This document shows, in pieces, positions 45,352-58,500 of a DNA stretch of 64,000 nucleotides. Below the pieces are notes generated by a model. It made no database searches. It saw nothing but the letters and a program-made list of their open reading frames with translations, and was not told where the DNA came from. Numbering within the stretch: position 1 is the stretch's first letter; each line of letters begins with the position of its first letter. A program made the position numbers and the translations under genes. Source of the stretch: Candidatus Omnitrophota bacterium (GTDB taxonomy: Bacteria > Omnitrophota > Gorgyraeia > Tantalellales > Tantalellaceae); assembly GCA_015231405.1 (NCBI GenBank), contig JADGBR010000005.1, positions 40,034-104,033 of the forward strand, written 5' to 3'.

Positions 45352-45415
45352 ACGTGGGACGTAGGATGTGGGACGTGGGACGTGCATAGCAACTTAAAAC
45401 GTCCTACGTCCTACG
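45352..45415. repeat. Inverted heptamer array (ACGTRGG / ACGTCCY family), intergenic
   Basis: acgtggg acgtagg atgtggg acgtggg acgt ... acgtcct acgtcct acg. Confidence 0.85.
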
Positions 45416-45422
45416 GAACCCG

Positions 45423-46301
45423 TTAATATATCACTTTATTGAGCGGATACTCGATTATCCCTTCCGCCCCCGCCGACTTAAGCGCCGGGATCAGTTTCCT
45501 CACATCTTCCTCGTCTATGATGGTCTCCACGTCGAACCATCCGCCGCCGTATAACGGGGCGACGGTCGGTTTATTGAGCGCGGGAAGCATCTTGACGATC
45601 TTTTCAATATCTTTTTCCCGCACGTTCATCTTGAGACCCACCTTATTCTCAGCCAAAATAGCTCCTTTTAGGAGCATAGCTATCCTGTCTATCTTTTCCT
45701 TTTTCCAGGGATCGCCGTACGCCCCCTTGTTAGCGATAAGACGCGTCGTGGACTGGCATATCTCATCTATTATCTTGAGGTCGTTAGCCCGGAGACTCGA
45801 ACCCGTCTCGGTTATTTCCACTATGGCGTCTATCCCCATTTTGGGTTTCACTTCGGTCGCGCCCCAGCTGAACTCGACCTCGGCTTTCACTCCTTTCGAG
45901 GCCAGATATTTTTTTGTCACGTTGACAAGCTCAGTGGCGACCCTTTTACCCTGGAGCTCTTTTACGCTGTTAATGCCCGAAGCGTTCGGAACGGCGAGCA
46001 CCCAGCGGACGGGTTTCAAACTCTGTTTGGCATACATCAGTTCCGCCACGTTCACGACTACCGAAGCGTTCTCCTCTATCCAGTCCTGCCCGGTTATACC
46101 GCAGTCTATGAGCCCGTCCTCGACATAACGCGACATCTCCTGTGCCCGGAGAAGCACCGTCTCGATCTCATCGTCGTTAATACTGGGAAAATACGACCTG
46201 GAAGATACCCGCACCTTATATCCCGCCTTCTCGAATATCCTGATAGTGGACTCCTCAAGGCTCCCCTTGGGTATACCTAATTTCAGCTTATTAACAGACA
46301 T
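45423..46301 (-). CDS. hisG: ATP phosphoribosyltransferase (long form)
   Basis: [36 protein letters not shown]-terminal regulatory domain. Confidence 0.97.
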   Translation of the reverse strand: MSVNKLKLGIPKGSLEESTIRIFEKAGYKVRVSSRSYFPSINDDEIETVLLRAQEMSRYVEDGLIDCGITGQDWIEENASVVVNVAELMYAKQSLKPVRWVLAVPNASGINSVKELQGKRVATELVNVTKKYLASKGVKAEVEFSWGATEVKPKMGIDAIVEITETGSSLRANDLKIIDEICQSTTRLIANKGAYGDPWKKEKIDRIAMLLKGAILAENKVGLKMNVREKDIEKIVKMLPALNKPTVAPLYGGGWFDVETIIDEEDVRKLIPALKSAGAEGIIEYPLNKVIY

Positions 46302-46361
46302 AAATACCCCTTGTTATGAGCACTTACAACGCGTCTTCAATACAGATATTAAGACGGGACA

Positions 46362-46390
46362 ATTGTATACTATTGGGTATGGATAGTCAA
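46362..46390 (-). promoter_or_regulatory. Sigma70-type promoter upstream of hisG
   Basis: Minus strand TTGACT-17 nt-TACAAT. Confidence 0.6.
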
Positions 46391-46448
46391 TAGCGACCGG
46401 CGTGGCATTTTAAACATCACCGTTTTCTTTGAACCCCGATTCCATGTT

Positions 46449-46497
46449 AACGTAGGACGTGGGACGTGAGGACGTCCCACATCCTACGTCCTACGTT
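46449..46497. repeat. Palindromic ACGTRGG heptamer array 10 nt past the stop codon of giant gene 2
   Basis: aacgtaggacgtgggacgtgaggacgtcccacatcctacgtcctacgtt. Confidence 0.85.
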
Positions 46498-46507
46498 AAA
46501 TGTGATA

Positions 46508-49500
46508 CTACGCTCTAGACAGTATCTGGTGCCTGTATATCAGGTAATTCGCGTACATCTCCGTATCCAAGAGTACCGCCGGGGTGTAGAGGTCGAGCCA
46601 GGCGGCGTTCTTCCATTTTTCTCCGTCTTTCGCGGCTGAGGCCCTCATGCCTACGAGGCGGGTCAATAGATCGCCGAAACGGTATACTCCGAGGACATTG
46701 TCGTTCATCACTATGACGGGGACTTTAACCTTGTATGTGAGTTTGGCTTTCGCCCAGTTGATGCCGTTCGCGCGGATAATGCCGAGGATATTCTCGGGTT
46801 TATATTGCGCTTCTCCTCCCTTCCTCGCGGCCGAGTTCAATACCTTTATAAGCGTCTCGACCTCGGTGTTCAGGTCTTTGTACGGATCGTTGTCTATGGC
46901 GGTGAAAAGTTTCGGGTGTTCCCATTTCTTTAACGCGACTATTTCGACGCCCGGAGCGGCGCGGCCGATGATCGCGGCGAGCTTATCGGCTTCGGCTCCT
47001 TTTTCGGCATAGCGTTTTTCGTCGCGGGAGTAGAGGATGATCTTCCCGCCGGAGAGAATGTTCTTCTCTTTAACCATATCGTTTATGGAGTTTTCAAGCT
47101 CGTCAAATCGGACGGCGTTGTCGAGTATATCCTCGGCGTAAATGATGAGCGATCTCGGCGTCCCGGCTTCGAGCCCTGAGGCCAGACCGGCGAGATCCGC
47201 TTCAGCCTCTCCCTGTGTTTTACCCAAATGACCTTCCGCGTAAGAAACGAATCTCGAGGCCCTTTCGTCATACTCCGCCGCGGTCGTCTCCGCCGTTCCC
47301 GCCATGACGCGCGTCACGGCTTTTATCGTCGCCGGGGACTGTTTCTCAATTATTTTTACTATATCCCTGAACCATTCAAACCCGCCGAATACCGGCATAG
47401 CCGCGGCCATAACTTTCGCGGCGGCGTCGATGTACGCGGCCCGCCTGACGATGAGGAGCCGCGCCACTGCGTCCGCAAGCTCCTTCGTGACAACCGGCCC
47501 TTTCTCCCTGGGTTTCATGCTGTCGCGTATACCCTCACGCCTTTTCCTGAGCTCCGCGATCTTCGCGCCATTACCCGCCGAGTCCGGACCGGCGGCGATC
47601 TCTTCTATTTCTCGATCGATAGCGAGGATCTGGTTGTATTTTTCTTTCGCCGCCCGGAGGATTTCCAACTTCTTGTCGATATCCGGTGTTCCATGGGACG
47701 TGGGATATATCCCGTGGGACGTAGGACGTGGGATGTGGGACGTCCTACGTTCCACGGAACCAGGCTCGGGAAATTGCAAACTCTCCACATCGAACAAAAG
47801 CCGCGACACGCTCCCGTCGCCCTCGTTCAGCGCGAAAAGCCTGTCTCCGGAATACCAGAGATGTGACGGTCCGTCGAAACCACCAAGCCCGCGGGGGATG
47901 ATGCCGAGCACCTTACTCTCTTTGAGGTCGTAGACCGTAACCTCGTCCGTATCAAGCCCCGCTATAAACAATTTATTACCAACAACTTCCATCCCGGCCG
48001 GAGCAGCAACGGGAATACTCTCGATCTTCTTTCCGGCCGATCCTGTGAGATATATCCTTGTCACCATATCATTCTGGAGATCTGAGACAAGCAAGCTGAA
48101 GCTTTCCGCATCGAAACAGATCCTGTCGGCGTCACGGAGATCGACCGTTGTTCGTTTTATGAAACCGTTGTGCCAGGAATTATTATTATCGCTCCGAAGG
48201 CTCCCTCCTTTCAAATTCACGACAGTAATGTATGCCCCTTCAGTTATATCGCCTTTGTTGAGGACGTAAAGCCCGTCTCCTCCGATCGCGAGCCCGACCG
48301 GGTTTTTGAACCAATCCTTCCCCGCGCCTATTATCCCATTTATCCCGTTCTCACTGTAATCGGGATCGGGAGCCCAGAAGCCAGGGGCAGCGCTGAGAGA
48401 ATACCGATATACCTTTATCGTATTATCCCCTTTATCGGCAATAAAGAACCTGATATAACCGCTCCCCTGAATAATAGCCATGCCGGCGGGTTCTTTAACA
48501 TGGTTAGGCTCGGGCCAGCCGGTGGCGGTATTACTCCCGTCAAGGTAAAGTACCGTTTCATTCCCGTGGAGGGAGAACCTGGAGATCTCTATCGCTTTTT
48601 TATGATCCGACCCGTGGTCATCCGTTAACACGGCCGTGTAGTTTATATCTCCAACGGTGAAAGGCGCTACACCAAGAGCCGGCTTCCCCTCAGAAACCAC
48701 GGTATCCCTCTGATACCTGGGAACTACCCCGGAAATATTCAATTCTTCAGGTTCCGTATCTATAACCGTCCCTGAACCAGGATTAGAAACGATCACCCGG
48801 GTGCCAAAAGGCATTTCAGCCGCCCTTATGGTATGATATGCCCCGGAAGGAGGTTCCATTTTCCCAAACTTCAGCGCTTTTTCGTCCGTTTTGGACATAG
48901 TCTCATCAAAGGTGTATACCGACCCGTCGCTGTTAAGGACCATGAACCCGACCTGCCCCGGATTGACCGCCACGCTCACGGGATAGTTATTCAGCCACGG
49001 ATCGCCTTGTGATCTGGCGCTTTTCGTTATGGAGAACACTCCATTCCTGGCCAACCTGTAAATACGGTTCTCTGTCGACCCTTTTCCCGCGGAAATAACG
49101 ACCAGGAGCTCTTCGCCTTTTACCGCCATATCCACGATCCGGACTTTATCCTTCCCGACAACCTGCACATCCAATGTGTCCTTTAGCTCTTCCTTGAAAT
49201 CGGATGCCGGAACGAGCCCCATATCCGTTTTAACGATCCTATTGTCATCGCCTGAGATGAAATACAGTCTGCCCCCGTCTTCATCCGGATCATAAATTAT
49301 CCTGTCGAATTTATCGATACCTGGCACCCTCTTGATCTCATAGTCACCCTTTATAAGCTTTATCTTTCTACCTTCAACTATCTTATAGTCCGGCACGGGA
49401 TTATCGTTAAAATAGAATTTGCGGACCAGACCGTCATCCCCGGCGACATACAAGCGCCCGCCATTGTCCATAACTACACCGCGGGGAGAGACGATCCTCT

Positions 49501-52500
49501 TGCCGTCCTCACTTAAGATCACGAACGACCCGTTGTCGCCCATATCGGGGATCAGGTTCCAGTCCCTGCTGTACACCTGTATCTCTTTAGCCTCGCGGTT
49601 CACGACCCAGATGCGGCCTTCGTTGTCGATGGTCATGTCGGAGGGATCGGGTAATCTTGGTAACGTAGGACGTGGGACGTGGGACGTGGGACGTCCTACG
49701 GAACTTAGCGATTTAAGCTGGTCAATGTCGGTGATGTCGAAGAGGGATCTTGAGATGGTACCGTCGGCGGTGTTGCCGGCGAGGAGACGGTTATCGGAGA
49801 GGTCCAGGAATTGGAGGCCGCTAAAACCGCCGGCCGAGGCGGGGATGACGGCGAGGATCTCGCCGCTTAATATATCGATCACGTGAACACTGTCCGATCC
49901 CGTGCTCGCCGCGTACAGCGCCTTATTCTTAACGAAAATATCGTAAGGCTTATCTACGGGATAATGCGTGATCCTTTGGCTCATTTCCACGCCTTCAACA
50001 AGGGATATACGGGTCACTACGTTCTTCGACCGGCTGGAGACGAAAATGCTGTGGCTCTCAGAATCATAGAAAAGCCTGTCCGGATCTTCCATAGCGCCGG
50101 GTATGTCGGTCAACTCAATATGCCCTTTATGCCAGCATCCGGCCGCATCCGCCCAGGTACTCCCGAAATAGTCGATGGCCGATATGAACGGCCGGCCGCC
50201 GGGGTTCTTGTTCAGGAGATACCATCCGGAATTAGTGGTTACCCGGCCATGAACGATGTCGGTTACACCGGCCACTAGTCGATTCCCTCCGGTAATAATA
50301 CCGTTTTTATTCCCGAACCGATCATCCGGCATGAGCACCCCGGAATTCACAACCCACTTGAACACTTTTACCGTATCATCGGCTTTATCGGTTATTAAAA
50401 AAAGATGCAGACCCTGGTCGTTGTCGTAAATAATATCCATACCACCCGGGATACCTACACTATTGAGCGACAATTTAGTCGGTTCAGGCCCTTTCCCGTT
50501 TTCGGGATATAACTCTACCCTACATCCCTCATCCCCGGATCTTTCCTTTAAACACGCCACCCAACGCACAGCACCCGGCGTATCGTTGAATTTCAACCGT
50601 TTCATATCTACCATATCGCCGGTTATGCCTTTGACCGTTTTCCTGTATTTAGGCAGAATTCCAGTTACGCCCGGTACCCCCAGGACTGAACCTATCACCG
50701 CGCCCGGGTCCGAATGAGAGACGACGACCCTCTGTGGTCCGGAGGTCGTATCCAAGAACCTTATGGAACGGGTGCCCTCGAACGTGTCGGACTGGGCGGA
50801 ATAGCCGGGGTCCACGGCGCTGTAATCGTCAGGAACAGTGCTCTTATGGGCCATATCTTTATCGAGGATAAAGACTGACCCGTCCGAATTAAGCACGGCT
50901 AAAAATGCCCCGTTTGGATCGGGAGTTACGCTTAACGGATAGCAATTTGAATTCCACAGGGGATCAGAAAATGTTATCAGCCGCCCGTCTTTCGTCATCT
51001 TACAGAGCATGTTCCTGACCCCGGGCGTCACCCCAGCAACAAGCGCGTACAGGCTGTCACCCATTACGGCCATATCCGCTACTTTAACCCTGCGATCGGG
51101 GCCTGTGCCGTAGAAACGCGCGATGATATCGGTTATGTCATTCAAAAATCCGCCATCGACGGTCATGGCCAAATTTGTCTTCACTATCTTATTGCTGCCG
51201 TTATCGATAAAATATAACTTTCCTCCGTCCTCGTCCGGGTCATAGATGATCCTGTCGGCTTTGGTGATGCCCGGGATCGCGACCCCTTCTATCCAACCCC
51301 TGAATACCCTTACATCTTTTCCGTCAATATTCATTTTTTTAGGTGTTTTGGGATCGGGATCAGTGTGGAGACTGAATTTTTGGACCTTCCCGTCGCTTAC
51401 GGAAACATACAAATACTCTTCGCCGCCGTCTATCACTACGGCGAGGCTGTGCGGTTTAAGGATATGCCTTATCCCCTGGCCGGTCGAGAAGACCACAATC
51501 GTCCCGTCATTGGCGAAACCTTTCGTAGGTTCCCAGTTGCTGTCATAGACATTGATCTCCCATGTATCGTTATTGATGACCCAGATGCGGCCTTTCGAGT
51601 CGACGGTCATGTCGCCGGGGTTCGGCTTTCCGTTGGACGTGGGACGTGGGATGTGGGACGTCCTACGTCCTACGTCCAACGTCCCACGGGACATCGCCGG
51701 CCACTTGATCACCGGCGTTTCAGGCTCATTCTTACAGAAGACACAAAGGCTGCCGTCGCCCGATATGTCCATAGTCACGGGATCGATGAATCCGTCGTCG
51801 GTAATTATGCCGTTCTTACCGAAACGCGTATCGATCCTGCCGAACCTGTCCAGGGCCATAACGCGGTTATCCTGCTTATCCCACAAAAAGATATGGCCCG
51901 TCAGGCGGTTTATCCTTAGGAGTTCGACCTTTCCGAAAGTATCGATCCCGGCATAACGCGCGTCGGCGTGGCCTATACCGTTAAAACCGAAATCCTTATT
52001 CAAGAGGCCGAATTCGTTGAGCGAAAGGACCATCCTGGACTCGCCTGTCTGGTCAAGCCGCCCGAACAGGTAGAAATTGCCGTCAGAATCGACGTCGAAA
52101 GAAGAGACAGCGACGAACCTCGCGCCGAAATGATCCTCGAGATATTTCTTTTCCGCCATGCGTTTTATGAAAGTGCCGTCGGGCGAGAATTTTGATATCA
52201 TGCATGGGTCGGTGTTCTCGGAACGTCTTGTATCGAGTATATAGATGAACCCCTTATCATCCACGGCAAGCGCGTCCGGGCCCTTTATCTCGGGCGAACC
52301 CGGCGCGTCCTTCAAAGGGATCTTATTTAATTTCCCGTTAAGCCCGATCAATATGAGGGCGCCACCCGCATCCAGGACCGCGAGCCCCTTGCCGTCTGGC
52401 AATACCCTTATATCATTAACGCCGAAAATACTTATCGCGCTGAAGTTAAACTCGCTGTCATGGTTAAAAGCCATATTCGGCTCACCGTTGGGCTTTGTAC

Positions 52501-55500
52501 TACGGATAACTGAGCGGCCCCCCGCGCGGGTCTCCACCCAGACTTCGTAAATATTCCCGTCGGCATCGACCGTGCCCGCGGCAAGCACTTCATCGCCTTT
52601 TTTACCGTTCTTGATCGCCTGAGGCACATGTTTGAAAGGTATAACCGGGCGGATATACTCGCGCGGCAATAGCTCGAGGCCGGTGTTTTCGCCGGTCACG
52701 TAGAGGTCGCCTTTTTTGTTGAGGCGTATGCAGTATGGTTTGTCAAAATTGCCGTATATCTTCCCTGATAAACCAAAGTTTTTGTTAACGGTAAGAGTTG
52801 GCGCTATCGGATCGAACACAACTATGTAACCGGCATCGTAAGCCACAAAAATATTCCCTTCATGGTCTACCCCTAAACGGCTGGGGTCCCGGCCGTGAGG
52901 GTTAAGGTCCCATTCGCCGAGCCAGGTTTTGTCACGTGATAACGCCATAAGCTTACCGTTCTCCCCAAGGAGATATATTGTCCCGTCATTCTGTCTGACG
53001 GTTATATCCTTGCACGGGGCCTTTAATATATTTGGTATGTGTGTGCCGGAAGCTATCTCATACTGATCCAGGTGCTTCGGATCTTTAAGGGTATATTTCA
53101 TCGCCCCTTCCTCGTCGATATCCACGGGGAAGCTTTCTTCGTAAAACTTCCCACGTTTGTTATCATAGGCACAGAAAAAATTGGTCAATTCAATGTTCCC
53201 TTTATCGGTGACCACGAAATTCTGCTTTTTCCTGCCCGGGGCATATTCCCGTATCCTTTTCGGCGTAATGGCGGTATCCCTGAGCGCCTTAAGGTCCGGC
53301 GAAGTTTTTTCTCCGGGAGTCAATAACGGCCTCATGCCCATCACGCCGTACGGCACCATGGATATGGTATGGTCGCCGGCGTTGATGACGTAAAGGTCGT
53401 GGAACGGGTCGAAATCGGCGTTCGCGGCGAACCCGGAGGGTTTGTCAAACCCTCCGGCCGACGGAGGGATAACACTGATCCCGGAACCGTCCGTTAAAGC
53501 CAGTGACCCGTTCTCTCCGTTAAGGACGGCTATTCTGCCGTCAGTAAGATATTTAATACTTTTTGGCGCGTTAAATTCCGCGGGATGCGAGTCCCTGTCA
53601 AAATTATCTATGTTAACTTTAAAATATGAACCATTCGCCGAATTGGTTAGATGCAAATGTCTCGTCACCTGATCATACGTAATACCGTCCATCGCGAGGT
53701 TTGGGTCATTGCTCCCTATACACATTATCTGTCCTAATGGAAAATCGTTATATGGGCTGCCGTCACCGTTAAACACATAGATCTGATGGAATTCCAACTC
53801 TTTCTTTTTGCATAGTACGAATATAGCGGGTTTTGTGCCGTCGTTGTCAGCTTTGACCGCGACCCCAAGCGGGATCTCATCATCGGGAAGTGATATTACT
53901 CCGCTCCCGGCGAACCGCGTATCCAGCTTACCGTTCATGTCAAATACCTTAACATCCCCATCGCCGGCATCGGGAACAAAGATATTCATTGTCGCGCCTT
54001 CATCCACAGTATCTATAACAAGGTCGCGCGGATCGATGAACGGGTGGCCATCGTCAGATACCTCTGCGGTCACTTTGAACACGTCACCGTCATGTCCGGC
54101 GCGTTCGAGCCTTTTCAATTTTTTATCGGCGAGATCTATTGTCCAGAGAGCGCCTTTATCGTCCATATCGAGTTTGAACGGTTCCCGGACGCCTTCGAAC
54201 GGTATCTTGAGATACCCCGGGGCGTAGCCTTTGATACTGTAAGTATCGCTATCAACGGCGTAAACAATATTGTCGTCGAAATCAGTAACGAGTATATCCC
54301 CGTTACTGTCCAGGCTAAGCGAGTACAAATTTCTCGGGGAAAGACTGACAGTGCGGATAGGTTTCGCCTGACGGGGGTCGATTACAGTGATACGGTTCAC
54401 CCGTTCCGAATGCTTGTCGGGATCGGGCTGAAAGCTATTCAGGATAAGCAGGTTCATATTTTTATCCAGGATGATATCCATGTGGTTTTCGAAACCCAGG
54501 TTCACGCCTTCCAGTCGCTCGGCAGGCGTAGCTTTCTTTCCGGTATTCTTGTCGAATACCAATATTTCGTTCGAAACTGCCCCAGCCAGGTACAGGTTCC
54601 CGTTCGCGCCGTCCTCCACACAAAAGCTCCAAAGAGAGGAAACCCGTCCAAAATTGCCGTTTCCGGCAGGGCCGTTGAAATCCGGGTCTTTCTGTCCGTC
54701 TTCAGAACACTTTACGACGGACATGAACTCTTCATTCTCATCGTCCTTGACCCTCACGAGCCAGTAAACGCTGCCCATATCGTCCACCGCTATATCCATC
54801 ACTTCTTTCACGTCGAATTTCGGACGGTTTAGTCCCGGCAATATGATATCCTTTTTTTTCGCGCCAGGTTCATATCTAACGCCTTTGTATTCCTCATAAT
54901 AAACTATCAGCCTGTTTTTTCGGTCAAGCGCAAAAGCCTCTATTTTGTGTCTTTCGCCGGCATTACCTTTCGGCATGAACACCCGGCCGTTCGATCCCAT
55001 CGAAGTATTCACGCGCCAGTTCGCGTCATAGACCACGATCTCGTTCCCCGCGCCGTTAAGGACGTAACGGTTGCCGTCGAGTCCGGTCTTCACGCGGCCT
55101 AATCCGGTTAGTCTATATGTATCGTAGGACGTGGGATGTGGGACGTGGGACGTTACACGTCCTTCATCCGACGTCCTACGTCCTACGTCCAACGTCCCAC
55201 GTAACTTCTGACCCTCCGCCCCATGCCCCAACCCCTCAGTCCCCTCCCACGTAAGCTTGACCGCATTATGCGCGTCCCCGTCCGTAAATACCCACAGTTC
55301 GCCTTTAGCCGATATGTACGTATCCTGAACCCGACCGAATTTGGCGTCTTTGATGATGCCGTTCCCGCCGAAACGGGTATCAAGCCGACCGTCCCTTGTA
55401 AGACAGATAAGCCTGTTGTCTTCGACGCGACCGCTCCCGACATTCCCTTCACGATCTATAAGGAACATATGTCCCGTGGCCCGGTTAATGGTCAGTTTAT

Positions 55501-58500
55501 GGACCTCGCCGTAAGTATCCAGCCCGGAGTACCTCGCGTGGGCAAAAGCCCGTTCTTTCCCGCCGAAATCCTTATTTACCCGTCCGAATTCGTCGAACGA
55601 TACGATGATCTTCGGCTGGCCGGTCCACGCTTCACCCATGACAAAAAAGTTCCCGTCGGCGTCAATGTCGAAGACTGAAGCCTGAAAACGCGCGTTCTGA
55701 CCAAGATATCCGTCAAGCTCATTTTTGTCGCAGAAAGCCCTCAAAAATTTCCCGTTGGGCGAGTATTTGTATATCCGATATTCACCCGGCGCACCTGTCC
55801 CTTTTTCAGGGTCCATAACATAAATGAACCCATTACCGTCTATGGCCAACTTGCCCGGTTTTTGTATCTCTTCCGAATGGTCCACGCTCCCGTCAAGCTT
55901 CAGGAATACCAGATGCCCGTTTTCCAGAACTATGAGGTTTTTCCCGTCGGCCGACAATTTGAGATCCAGAATGCCCTCCCGGCCACGCTCGATCTCGCCC
56001 GTGACTCCAAAATCCGTGTTCGGACCTCCGCCAGGCAAAGAGCTTCTAATTATATGCTTCATGGAATCTACATTGTATAAAGAGACATAAATATTCCCGT
56101 CATAGTCGACCGTCCCGCGGGCGAACAATTCTTTATCGTTCTTCCTGCTGTTAAAAGCGGCGGTCGCGTGGACGAAAGGTTTTGCCTGAACGATATATTC
56201 CCGCGGTAACAGCTCAAGGCCTGTCTCTAAACCGGTCACGTACAGATCACCTTTGTTATTAAGCCCGATACAGAACGGCATGTCAAAATCGCCGTATATT
56301 TTTCCGGCGTAGCCGAAACTCTCAAGGAGGACACATACCTTCCCGTCGAGGCTCAGCCCGAACACTCCCACAAAACCCTCTTCGTACGCGGCGAAAACTC
56401 TCCCTTCGCTGTCGACAGCGAGACGGCGTGGCGAGATCCCGTAGTCGTTAAGGTTGAACGTCTCGATCGGCTGGCCGGTATCTGAAAACAGCTCCAGCCT
56501 GCCGTCATTTGACAGTAGGCAGATCTTCCCGTCACGCGGGTCGACAGCCACATCCTTCTGATCGTCTAAAGGAGAAAAATCAGATATCATTATGCCTGTA
56601 TCGGCGTTAAATATCTTCACCTGGTCCAAGGACTCATTTGTAAGAACATAGATCTTCCTCCGCGCCTCGTCTACGGCTATGGCTTTTACCCCTTCCTGAT
56701 GCCCTTGGAGCGACCCGTTTTTATCGGGCCCGAAATCGGCGTCAAGTTCCTGCCCGGAATTGAAAGCCATAACGCTTTTGGAAGCCGGGTGGTACGTGAA
56801 ATACCTTTTATTCTTTCCATCGGCCGCGCAAGGATTAAGTGCGAATATCGTCTGATCCTCGCCCAGAACGGCGAAATATATTTCCTTCGCGGGCGGATCA
56901 AAATCTCTGATCCTTCTCGGCGAAAAAGAGATATCTCTCAAGTCCCTGAGAACGGGATCAGATTTTTCTCCCGGCGTGACGGCAGGGCGCTCGCCCAGCG
57001 ATTCCAAAGGTACCATCGAAATGGTATGGTCGCCGGCGTTGATGACGTAAAGATCGTGAAAACTGTCCCATGAGGAATTCGCGGCTAAACCGGCGGGTTC
57101 ATTAAAAGCTCCGGCTGACGGGGGTATGACGAAATAATCCTTACCGGAATTGTCCTGGAGGACTGCCAAAGAGCCCGTATCTCCGTTAAGGACGGCTGTC
57201 CGCCCTTCACCTATAGCCTTCACGCTGACGGGATTATTGAAATACCCAGGTTTCATTTCCAGGACGTCGCCGTTAAGCGCCATGGCGCTGACCGCACCTG
57301 TGGCCGAGTTGGTTAAGATCAAAGCGTTTCCGTTCCAGGTGATGCTATCCATAGCGAGCGCCGGGTCATTGTCGGCTATTTTTATGACCGAGCCAAGCAA
57401 AATGCTTACCGCCGGTTCGAGCTCACCTTCGATAACACGAACGAAATATTTATCCTTGTCCTTTTCTTTGCATAAGACCATTATCGCAAACCCATTATCC
57501 TTTTTATAGATCGTGACTCCCAGCGGGATCTCTTCTTTCTCTAGAGGGATAACCCCGCTACCTGAGCACCTCGTATCAAGTTCGCCCTTCATGGTATAAA
57601 CTTTAATCGACGGTTTTACCGTGGCGTCTCCCGCGTCCGGGACGAAGATATTCATCGTTTTGCCTCCGTCCAGCGTGTCTATGACGAGATCGCGCGGGTC
57701 GATGAGCGGATGACCCTTGTCATGCGCCACGTTTACGACCTTGAACTTGTCGCCGTCATGTTTCTCCCGAGCCAGTTTCTTCACCTTTTTATCGGCGCGG
57801 TCTATGGTCCAGAGTGCGCCTTCGTGATCCATATCGAGCTTGAATGGTTCCCTAACCCCTTCGAACGGTATCTTGAGATAACCCGGCGCGTAGCCCTTTA
57901 TCCTGAAAGTGCCGCCGTCGGCTACGGTGATAATATCGTTCTTACCTTGCTCGCCGACAAAAAGTATATCGCCGTTCCGGTCCCCGGACATGGTACCGAA
58001 AGACCGGCCGGAAAACCTTGTTTCCGATATTTTTTTCCACGAACTGGTATCAATGACGGTTACCCTCGCGACCCGTTCCGTGCCTGATATTTCTTCGCTA
58101 TCAAGCACGACCAGGTTATTGTTTTGATCATGCATGATGTCCAGCGGGAAATCAAACCCGTAACTCTCGCCATGAACCAAGGTTGTAGCGGCATATTTGC
58201 CGGTGTTCTTATTATATATGCTTATCTGCCGGTCCCCGATCGACGCGAGGATCAGCTTACCTTCCGCGCCGTCCTGAACGCAAAAACTAAATCCAGACCC
58301 GAACGTTTTGATCATCTTGGCATCGGTCGGCCCCACGAAATCTGGATCGAGCCCCCCGTCGACAAACTCCTTCAAAACGACGGCGAATCCGCTGTTTGTC
58401 ACCAAAAGCCAATATATTTTATCCTGGTCATCCGTGGTAATATCTATCACTTTCGACAGCCGTTCCCCGGGTCCAAGAGAGTCGGGTACCGTTATTTCCC

